DNA of 64,000 nt, taken from positions 42,346,001-42,410,000 of the forward strand of contig OX597815.1 of assembly GCA_951406725.2 (NCBI GenBank). The letters run 5' to 3'. Below, piece by piece: positions 53,215 through 64,000 of this stretch (positions are counted from its first letter, which is position 1; every line of letters begins with the position of its first letter). Source of the DNA: Octopus vulgaris. Its lineage: Eukaryota. A program made the translations under genes and the position numbers. A model generated the notes under the pieces. That model saw only the letters and a program-made list of their open reading frames with translations. It was not told where the DNA came from and searched no databases.

Positions 53215-53704
53215 CAGTGATCCCTCGGCTATCGTGGGTGTTACGTTCCAAGAACCCACCCGCGATAGGTGAAAATCGGCGAAGTAGAAACAATACTGTA
53301 TATATTCTTTTATTTTCATAATTTGTATATATTTATTTTTATTATAAATGTAAAACAAGACCACACACTCGCTTCCCGAATTCCGTTTTCCATGGAGCAT
53401 GTGCGATTCCTTGTTTACTAATATAGGGTACGTTACGTATTTTCTTTTAATATATTTTAATTAATGTGTTATACAGTGCAGTACTGTACTGTATTTTTAT
53501 TTATTAATTTATTAATTTTTATGCGCGAAAATGTTGATTTTACCACAGAAATAATTAAAATCTAAAAAGATATAAATACCTATCGGCCGCAGAAACCCGC
53601 GTTATACTGAGGAGTCCGCGATATAGATTTACATATATTAGCCAGAAAATCCGCGATGTACTGAGGGCGCGACAGGTGAATCGCGATATGGCAAGTGATT
53701 ACTG
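53215..53704. mobile_element. Tigger/pogo-type MITE (490 bp)
   Basis: TA|cagtgatccctcggctatcg ... cgcgatatggcaagtgattactg|TA, with subterminal cgcgat motifs. Confidence 0.8.
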
Positions 53705-54351
53705 TATGTGTGTGTATATATGTGTGTGTATGTGTGTGTGTGTGTGTGTGGACAGAGAGAAAAAGAGAGAGGGAGAGAAATATAAAAGAAAGAGAGGAAC
53801 CCGTATATTTTGAATTGCATTTTCATAATATATTCTGATGACATTATAATAGAACAACATCTGGACACAAGCATAGCCGAGTGATTAAGAACTTCATTTC
53901 GCAACAATCCCAAGTTTGAATCCACTGCGTGAAATACTGTAGTTTTTCACCCTAGCTTTGATGTGATCCAAACTTATACATACATATAAACAGGCAAATA
54001 TGTGTTTCTGTACACGAATATATGTCAAAATATACAAATCTCCACATTGCGATGGCATTCATACGTGCACCTATGTAAGAGTGTGTACATGCATGCTTAT
54101 ATGCAAAGACGCATACATACATGCACATACATACATACATACATACATACATACATACATACATACATACATACATACATACAGACATACATACAGACTG
54201 GTTAGGTAGATTTTTTAGGTAGTAATTTAGCTCTGCAGTCACTTTTGTTGTTGTAGTACGATCGGCTTAAGACACAAGAGTTGTCACTATTCTGCGGCCC
54301 CTTTTTATGAGCTTTGCCTTCCGTCCAGAATTATGCTTGTTAGTGCGGATT

Positions 54352-54687
54352 TTATCTCGGTATTGAAATTATTTTAAAGACTTTATCTTTCGAAACGTTA
54401 AACAAGTTAGCAGTTTTAGAGACAGAAGTTCCTGCCATCCATGCTCCAATAATTTGTCCTCTTTGGAAATCAGATAGGTCACACATATAAACTTCTGCAA
54501 AAATGAAAAACAAAACAAAAACAAAAGAGAAGGCTATATTACGAAATACAAGGCATACATAATGCTGATGTTCATATATATATACAGACCAGAAATGTTT
54601 TTCATTCGTAATATTACCAATAGAAAAAAAAAAAACATAGTTAAATAAAATAAAATGTGGTGTTTTCATTATTTTGTCCAACTCTTG
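54352..54687 (-). mobile_element. 5' fragment of a Tc1-like element
   Basis: TA|caagagttggacaaaataatgaaaacacc terminus and MCDLSDFQRGQIIGAWMAGTSVSKTANLFNVSKDKV paired-like HTH start. Confidence 0.8.
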
Positions 54688-55664
54688 TATATGCCTACAG
54701 ATGTACAGTGGTTTTACACCTTTCACCATGAAAGGGAATATTTCCTCCACGGTAACTTCAACGAATTTACCTTTAGAAGTTAAAATGTCACAGACACATC
54801 TTAATTAACATTAAGTTCAACCAAGCGATCCACTAGCGCAACTGATGTTGATTGTTTTTACTTAAAGCATCGGCTTTAAATCTGGTCAGCGTTATTTCTC
54901 TTCAGTATTTCCCACTGAGAAAGGTTAAAGGGCCAGAAACACGCATCTGGGAATCCGCTAGAGGTAAGCACTGGACAGATATAGTATTTTTACACTTTTT
55001 GCCAGAAGAGAGAATTTTTCTCTCCTTGGTAATTGCAGTGAATTTGTCTTTAGAAGTTAAAATATATCACAAAAATATTTTAACTAACCTAAAGTTTATA
55101 AATATACATGTATACATAATATATACATGTTTATACGTAAGTATATACTAACAAGACTATTCTGTTTGATGTTGTCTTAATCTCAATGAAGGAGACTTTT
55201 TAGCTCTTTAGTAACCTTGCAGACACTAAAAAGACATAATCGAATAAACAGCTGCAGAAACAAATAATTGTGCTCGATATCTTTGCCGCTATTGGTATTA
55301 AGAGAATAGTTCCACTATGTCGTTGAAAGAATAAGTCTCTGTCACTGGAAACATACTTGCATTGTAAAAATAAACTCAAAGATGACACTAGGGAAGAGTC
55401 AGATCTCCCCTGAGGAAAAGAGAAAAAAATCATTTTATATGACCACTTTAATAAGTCCCCTGATAACTGTCCATTGACTGCATGTGGACAAGTTCAGTCA
55501 CATTAAACTCAGACTAGTAGACACTGACGAGCGGGTGAGACAGAATGCATCAACTTTTGCTGGCCCACAAGCTCTTCAACTGGAATATTAGGTTTTTAAT
55601 AGGCTTGAAACTTGCTCTTTCTCCATTAGCCAGAATTTTGAAAACTTAAGTCAAGATCAAATAG

Positions 55665-56126
55665 ATCATTCATACATACAGATATACCGACAAGTTATAC
55701 GTACATACAAGCATACACACACATACATAAACACATACATAGACATGCATATACGTATACATACGTATGTATACGTATACATATAAGTATACATACGCAT
55801 GTACATACATACATACATACATACATATGTACACACGTATATACATACATAAATACATTCATACATACGTACGTAGAGGTATACATACATATGTACATAC
55901 GTACATACATATATACATGCATACATACACATACATACATACATACACACACATACAAACATAATACATATATACATACACACACATACATACATACATA
56001 AATACATACATACATACACACACATACATACATACATACATACATACATACATACATACATACATACATACATACATACATACATACATACATACATACA
56101 TACATACATACATACATACATACATA
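55665..56126. repeat. (CATA)n tract, degenerate at left and perfect at right
   Basis: Direct inspection. Confidence 0.95.
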
Positions 56127-56622
56127 CTGGTTCCAGCAGTTTATATGTTCAGTAGCAATTAGAGTCTAAAAACATTCATAACAATCATTTCAAGCTCTGG
56201 GGGAGATTGCATTATACGAGGAGATGAGATAATAGCAGGATATCTGAAATTCTGCATTCAAGTTAATAATAGGTATTTTCCCCTTCTCTATAATTTTACA
56301 TAAAAAAATGATATACATTACACAATATGTATATACATGTACGTTTATATATTGATGTATATCGAGTATCATTCATGTATACTCTGTTGCCTACTTTTCG
56401 CTGATTTAACGTATCCATCAACGGATGATTATCCTATTTGGGAGGTGAATGAAGGAAACATTCGATTGCATCGACTCTATTACTCAACGGGTACTCACTT
56501 CCTTTAGAAGGCAACGATGTTCAAATACCGACTTCGACAGTGTTTGAATATAAAGAGTTATGGACGTTAAGCGATCCTACCAAAGCAATGACTTTGTACA
56601 CACACGTACGCATATATACATA

Positions 56623-56698
<76 letters not shown>

Positions 56699-57561
56699 CA
56701 CAGACTCAGACACAGACACACACACACAACACACACACATGCACACATTCATGTTCAAACACGTGATCTAGCAATTCCACGACTGGTGCTGGACAATTTT
56801 CATTTGCTACTGATATTTCTTGTGGTTTTAACCGCCAAACATCTATTCGAATACCGTAGTATCACAGTGTTCTTACACTACATCCACATTAAGTAGGATA
56901 TAAAAATTTCTATTCGGTACTAATACTGCTTCCGTCAGTAGCATCTAATATCTGATATATATATATATAAACAGTTTCATTCGGCCTTATGTGACTAAGT
57001 TCTGTGGGCTTCTAACGAAAGCCCCACTCTTTCAGGTTTATTGGGAAATACAAGAAATCTAAGATGGCTACCGGAAATAGGCTACTATTGATCAAGACGG
57101 TTGCTCAGCGACAGTAGTTCTGTTAGAAAGATGAATTTTTGTGACTGCTAGGCTGAACAGGAAGCTGGTGGCACCTAAATGTATAGTTGCGGTAGAGGTA
57201 AGACTGGTAATAGTGTGAGTGTGTATGTGTGTGTGTGTACACATACGGGGTTTATGAATGTGTGGATGTGGGTACGTTCTGGTTGTATGGTTGTGCATAT
57301 GTGTATGTTTGTATGTGTGCGTGTGAGTGCGTGTAGTTGTGTGAGCCTTAGTGCCTGCTACGTACGTCTGTGTATGTAGACATGTTTAGCAGAATCGTAA
57401 CTGAAATTATAACCATAATGATGCTGAGTTTTAAGCCTGAAACACAAGTTCACACGTTGTAGTTTATAGCTCTGTCTGCTTCGAGATAATTCCAAGACAA
57501 GAATTATTTCTCATACTTTCGAAGATTCTGATTTGTTATGACATCAACAATATATATAGAC

Positions 57562-57991
57562 AAATTAATCAAAGGACATAGTAAGTATGTCTACTTGCTG
57601 GAAATAATAGTCATAACTCTCAGCTAAATCGCCAAGATACACTGATAATAATCGTTGACTCTGTTTTTCTTCGGGAATTATTTTCACACTGGTGGCTGCC
57701 ATGATTTCGGCACAAAACGAATCAGCTGCAGCGCAGACTTCAAATACGACGGATTGGGAGTCTCTATCATGGTAACGTGAGCTCAGGAAGCTGAGGCTAT
57801 TGTTTGCCAGTGCAGAAACCGGTCCACGTGAGTCCAAATACTTAAATGTACGTAGGGAGATTGTTTTATCCCGTTTCCCTTCAGATAGCTGATTTCTGTA
57901 GTTATTATCAGTGTATTTTGGCGATTTAAATGAGAATTTTGACTGTTATTTCCACCTGGTACACATACTTAGTATGTCCTCTGATTAATTT
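57562..57991. mobile_element. MITE-like element with degenerate TIRs of about 90 bp
   Basis: aaattaatcaaaggacatagtaagtatgt...aaatcgccaagatacactgataataa is mirrored at 57902-57991. Confidence 0.75.
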
Positions 57992-58546
57992 TAATCCTTC
58001 AGCTATTTAATGCTTTTTTGGGGCCTTCAATCGCCTATATTATTGATTCAGTTATTATCATTTTAAAATTGTTACACTAGATAATAACAAAGTCGATGGT
58101 ATCTTTGCAAATTACCTTTTCGTGAATTATTTGCTTCGTATTGAAATTATTATATATATATATATGCATATACACATACATATATATTAATATATCTAGC
58201 AAATAGAAGGAACATTGAACCCTGGTTGAAGACAGTAAAGACTTAATTCATTTAAGAGACATTCAGTCACTGAAAGTGAAAAATGACTCAGTAGGTAGCC
58301 AGCGCTATGCATTTATGCCTATATGAATGGATCTCAAATACAGAGATATCTAAAATATTTGCCACAAGTCGCTTCACGAGGTGTTTTAGTGTTTCAGTGA
58401 CTATTCATCTCTTCAGCGAATGTTGAACGTTATACGTTTAGCCACATAATATACAGTATTTGCTAATATCACGAGTTGAAGGTACATAAATTTCTCACAA
58501 ACAAACAAAAGAACGAAGTACTAATGTTTTTAATAAAATATATATA

Positions 58547-58970
58547 GGCGCAGGAGTGGCTGTTTGGTAAGTAGCTTGTTTACCAACCACATGGTTCCGG
58601 GTTCAGTCCCACTGCGTGGCATCTTGGGCAAGTGTCTTCTGCTATAGCCCCGGGCCGACCAATGCCTTGTGAGTGGATTTGGTAGACGGAAACTGAAAGA
58701 AGCCTGTCGTATATATGTATATATATATATAAGTGTGTGTGAATATGTTTGTGTGTCTGTGTTTGTTCCCCTAGCATTGCTTGACAACCGATGCTGGTGT
58801 GTTTACGTCCCCGTCACTTAGCGGTTCGGCAAAAGAGACCGATAGAATAAGTACTGGGCTTACAAAGAATAAGTCCTGGGGTCGATTTGCTCGACTAAAG
58901 GCGGTGCTCCAGCATGGCCGCAGTCAAATGACTGAAACAAGTAAAAAAGAGTAAAAAAAAGAGTAAAGAG
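58547..58970 (+). mobile_element. SINE family B, full length
   Basis: Best-preserved copy: A/B boxes, CORE-like cttgggcaagtgtctt, internal TA/TG tract and (gagtaaa)n tail. Confidence 0.9.
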
Positions 58971-59453
58971 TATATAAAATGAGAAATAATAGCTGTTTTA
59001 GGAAAGCATTGTGAAATAGTGATACATATGCATACGTATATAGATGCATATACAGAGATACATAAATACATAAATACATAATTGATATTTTTTATTATTA
59101 ATAGGTAGAAGTTACTGAATGACTTAACAGTCGAGAGTCTCGTGCACTTATCAAGCCTAATACATATGATATATATGACATAAATGCATGATCTATAACA
59201 CACACATACACATGCACGCGTGCACATACACACATACACACACATACACTATCGACTGCATATACTCAAATTGTGTGTCTTGCTTGTTCACCGGCACGCT
59301 GCGGGTTGCGCACTGTGTACGACACCCTCAAAGCACATTGGGAATGAGATTAGGGGTTAGTTGTCTCACTTGTCTATGACATTCAGGTGTTTTAACACAC
59401 AGTACCAAGTGTTTTGAGGGAATCATCCTCACCATGCTAAACCAAAGCGTACA

Positions 59454-59611
59454 CGCAGTCTGATCGATAAGTATCCGGACTGTTGCATAATAACGAAGAT
59501 ACTTAACATGCACAGTAGAGTTCAAGGTTAATCTGTACCAAGCAGCTTTACTCTCCGTCCTTTGGCTTTGTTACTATGGCAACAATCCGGATACTTATTG
59601 ATCAGAATACG
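59454..59611. mobile_element. 158-bp MITE of the same mariner family as 59895-60782
   Basis: tctgatcgataagtatccggactgttgc ... gcaacaatccggatacttattgatcaga. Confidence 0.85.
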
Positions 59612-59894
59612 TATATATATTATTAACATATATACTTAATGTATATGCTTTGTGTATTTTCCAGTGGCTGTAATGGCGTGGCGGAGTATATAAACTCTCA
59701 AATGTCACATCTTACAAAAAACGCCTCAGAGTCATGGACAGGCGAGGTAACTCACCCTCAGTATATATATGTGTGTATGTGTGTGTATGTGTGTGTATGT
59801 GTGTCTGTGTGTGTGTGTGTGTGTGTGAATGTGTGTGTGTATCAATACATAATGCATGCATATATATATATATATATATATATACGCCTATATA

Positions 59895-60782
59895 CGAGGT
59901 CTGATCAATAAGTATTCGGACTGTTGCCATAGTAACGAAACTAAACCACGCAGAGTAAAGTAGATTGGCCCACACTGACCTTGAACTCTGCTGTGCATGC
60001 AGTTTTAACGTTCTAGCTCACTTTTGCTGTTTACATCAGTGCTTGGAAGGAACGTGTGTAGCATATGATCGCAGCATTGACCATGACAGAGAAAGTTGTC
60101 ATGGTGACACCTGTTTAGAGCCCTACGCAAAATTGCAGAAAGTGTATGGAGAGGAGTATATGAGCCGCACACAAGTGTACGAGTGGTTCAGACGTTTCCA
60201 AGATGGCCGGAAAATGTCGATATTGACGAACGTTCTGGGAGACCCGCAACCAGCGGAACTGAGAAAAACATCGCAGATGAGCGTGCAGTTGTGAGAGGAA
60301 ATTGTCGAATCACCGTCCGTGAGTTATCAGAGGATGTACAGATTAGTTACGGTTAAGTACAGTCCATTATCACTGAAGATTTGGATATGAGACGTGTGTT
60401 TGCCAAGTTTGTGCCAAAACTGCTTTCTGCTGACCAAAAAGACACACTCGGGTTTCAATTGCACAAGACCTCCTTGATTGTGTCGAGAACGATGAAAACG
60501 TTTTGAAAACTTTGCGTAGGCCTCTGAGCAGATATCGCCAAGCTTTTGGAAAAATTTAATTCAGATTGTCTGCTAAATTTTCTCTTTCATGGTCAATGCG
60601 ACTATCACCCGCTACACACGTTCCTTCCAAGCACTGCTGTAAACAGCGAAAGTGAGCTAGAACCTTGAAACTTAGTGCGCACGCAGAGCAGAGTTCAAGG
60701 TCAATCTATGCCAAGCGGCTTTTCTCTGTGCTTTAGCGTCGTTACTATAGCAACAGTTCGGATACTTACTGATCAGGCCACG
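59895..60782 (+). mobile_element. Non-autonomous mariner derivative with two 5' ends (888 bp)
   Basis: TA|cgaggtctgatcaataagtattcggactgttgcc ... gatacttactgatcaggccacg|TA. The inverted arms of about 200 bp each include the transposase ATG, and the interior keeps the HTH (KVYGEEYMSRTQVYEWFRRFQDGR). Confidence 0.92.
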
Positions 60783-60942
60783 TATATATATGTGTGTGTG
60801 TATATTTATATATATGTATATAAATATATATATATACACACGCAAACACACACAGTTGTACATAGAGAGAAGAGAGAGAGAGAGTGAGAGAGTGAGGGAG
60901 TGAGAAAGAGAGAGTGAGAGAGCGAGAGAGCGAGAGAATGAG

Positions 60943-60982
<40 letters not shown>

Positions 60983-61490
60983 GAGATTTAGGTATGTTTC
61001 GGTTAGTATTGGTTCATGACATGATAACTCAATAGCACCATCTGAGAAAGATATTCTCGTTTGCATACATATATCCGGGTGTAAACGGTTTATTGGAAAT
61101 TTTTTGAAGGAATTTGTCCTGGAATAGTTTGATTGTAATAGGGTCTCGTTTCCTCCCTCATGTGTTTTGCTAAGGTGTTAAGGAGGACAGGGCCAGCTGA
61201 GGTGAAATGCGAAATCGAATTCTGTCGAGGGTCGACAACATGGAAACCAAGTCTTGGGAGAATTTTAAAATTAATACTAGCATCATATGAGTAATGTAGA
61301 TGGAATATTATCCACATCATACAAAAGATATATCACTCACACACATCTACGCGAATATCGTTAAGTTGGCTATAAAGATTTCTATTTGGTAATAATACTG
61401 TTTCCGTCACTAACATCTAATATCTGACACACACCTATACGTCTATATCCATATGTATGTATGTATGTATGTATCCATTCATCCATCCGT

Positions 61491-61600
<110 letters not shown>

Positions 61601-63286
61601 GTATTTACATGTATACATTAATGTGTACACACGTATACGCAACGATCAATTATGGACATGAAAACATAAATGATATATAACATTTAAGTGTTCGGTGAAA
61701 GAAAGAAACTGTAATGATATGGCTAATCGACTCCACACGGAGAAAGTAATGTGTATTTTGTTTATTCAATCTAACAACAGATCTCCCAAGTCTGAGCCAA
61801 TCATCTTAGTGAAGTCGGTGTAAGTAGTCACAATTCTTTTTCTTGCTTATACGTCTTTATTCCCAAATACAGTTAATAGTTATATAGTAAAGTCACGTTC
61901 AGGAGGAAATCTTTGCTATTCATCAATAACAATTTGATTGCTAACTCGCTGATGGACAACACTCTTTGCATATAACAAGGACACCTAAGGAATGGCACAA
62001 GTAATGCTCAAAGGTCTTTATTTACCGATTTGGCTTCATATCTTCTCTCCCTATCTTATTTTTATAGCGCAATGTTAGCATTCCAATTATATATCAAAGC
62101 GTGAGCTCTACACACATCGGCCGCTACTGCTTGCAATCGTATCCCGAATCTGGCTATGTTAGTAGAAATCTATTATATCAACATAAATGATTTAAAACGT
62201 ATCAATGTCATAACGTAACTCAGGCGATAAACTTCTACCAGTCAAACAGCGAAATTATTTTCGCCGATTGTACTCTTCCCTTGGACTTCCTGGCCATGTG
62301 CGTAAGATAGAAACCACTAATATTTAGTACTATGTCAGGAGGGGCCGACTTTGATGGAAATATAACGTATACATGAGTCAAGAGACCACGTATATCACGC
62401 TCTTCGTTGTTTCATTAGTTCTTTTGGTGTACGATAATTGGAACCTGTAATTTTAAGCGGTAATCTTGTTAGCTGTTAAGTTATTATCGAAGTGGTTTAT
62501 GATACTACTACAACTAGATTCCTGACATGAAATAGAAAACAAAACCAGATCCAAGATTCAAGACTCGGTAAGAAGTAGTAAGCTTTAAATGTGTAGCGTT
62601 CATATTTGATTATCATTAGAATGCTTAACACATTGCTCCACAGCAATAAGATGGAAAGCAAGATATAATACAAGATGGATAAATATAGACCTTAGAGCGT
62701 TACTCGTGTCATTCCCTAGGTGATATTGTTATATGCGAAGAGTGTTGTACATCAGCGCGTCAGCAATCAAGTTGTACTTGATGAATAGCAAAGATTTCGT
62801 TCTGAACGTGACTTTACTACATAACTATTAACGTAACTATTAACTGTATTTGTGAATAAAGGCATATATGCTACAGAAAGAAATGTTACTATTTACACCG
62901 GCTTCACTAAGATGATTAACTCAGACTCTGGAGACCTGTTGTTAAATTGAATACATTTAAACAAAATTAATATTATATTCCCTGTGTGAACTCAGGTGAC
63001 TGTATTATCTTTCCAATCGCCAAACTCTTTAATATTAAATCGAAATTAACTGTTTTCATGCTCATAATTTTGATCGTATCCGTACACACACATGCACACA
63101 TGAATATACACAAATACACACGCACGCACACACACTCAGCCCACTACACGCATTAGGTCCACGTCCATAAGGCTGGGTTCGATTTCTGGACCAGATGGTG
63201 CACTGTGTCCTTGTGCGAGGTACTGAGATCAATGTTTTTATGGAGGAGCTGTAGAAGTGATGATGTGCATATTAAAGAAAGAGTGC

Positions 63287-63334
<48 letters not shown>

Positions 63335-63369
63335 TCCTTTGACACTTTCTGCATTTATTCATATTCGAC

Positions 63370-63850
63370 TTCTTTAACAAGAGGAGAATATTCCCACCGT
63401 TCTTCCAGTCCTGTGAGACATGACCAGTGTCTTAAGGAACCATCATCAATTGATGGATACTTCTGATGCGTTCGTCTCTTCTATTTTTTCTCCACTTCTG
63501 CTGGGATACCGCTTACTGTTGGTACTTCACTATTTCAGTGTGATCCGCTTTCGACCAACACTTCCTCTACACCTGGCAGATCATCTATTGGCATATCAGT
63601 ATTTATTGAAAATGCTTTCCAGAACAGTTGAACATTTCATTTTCCGGAATATTATTATCAGCTGACCTCAGCTAAGTGGCACCACTCTTCTGAGGTCAGT
63701 ATATATCAATGAAACAGGCATATAACCTATTCCTGTTGCTGAAATCAGCAGCTGTATTCCTCCTCCACCCGAATCTACCATGTGTGCGTACTGTTTCAGT
63801 CTCTTGTCTGTTTCTCAAAATTTAGCTAAGTTTGAACAAGTATTTCTTTC
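63370..63850 (-). pseudogene. Decayed RTE-clade LINE ORF2 fragment
   Basis: The minus strand gives IDDLPGVEEV...VSGIPAEV...GHVSQDWKN..ILLLLKK, resembling KAPGxDGIPAEV and VPQDWKDA...FKK. Confidence 0.55.
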
Positions 63851-64000
63851 AAGCTTGACTGCGATGTTTTCACATTAAATCAAAAGTGGTACCCTTACAA
63901 TAAAACCAGTTCTGATGTTTCTAAGTTATTTTTCCAAGCGAGGGTAAACTTTCATTTAAATTCCCTGTTATTATAGGATAGAGTCAAAACTATTGAAAAG

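Noticed and set aside
58368-58420. Minus-strand CUGAAGA...GAAAC hammerhead-like spacing
   Set aside because: Stems I and III do not pair convincingly and the cleavage triplet would be GUG.

Overview
AT-rich, extremely repeat-dense eukaryotic DNA with no host protein-coding exon that I can support, so probably intronic or intergenic. The tRNA-headed SINE families and the density of (TA)n/(CA)n/(TATG)n/(TATC)n tracts point to an octopus (coleoid cephalopod) genome; this is an inference. Nearly all ORFs in the track are microsatellite read-throughs. Real coding remnants are all transposon-derived: several mariner (DD34D) elements including one full-length 1.29-kb copy, a DD37D maT fragment, a Tc1 with apparent DD35E spacing, a Helitron RepHel N-terminus, R4/Dong, CRE, CR1 and RTE LINE fragments, two Penelope-like (PLE) GIY-YIG fragments, and an ORF1-only zinc-knuckle retroelement. 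The most notable hidden structure is about ten minimal type-I hammerhead-ribozyme-like motifs of about six sequence types on both strands. They sit in PLE pseudo-LTR-like units, two of them as inverted pairs and several embedded in (TA)n. Also notable are a near-perfect 209-bp-arm palindrome between two Helitron 5' termini, a mariner derivative built from two 5' ends, and tandem-dimer SINEs that share one junction. Family names come from motif recall, not from database searches.
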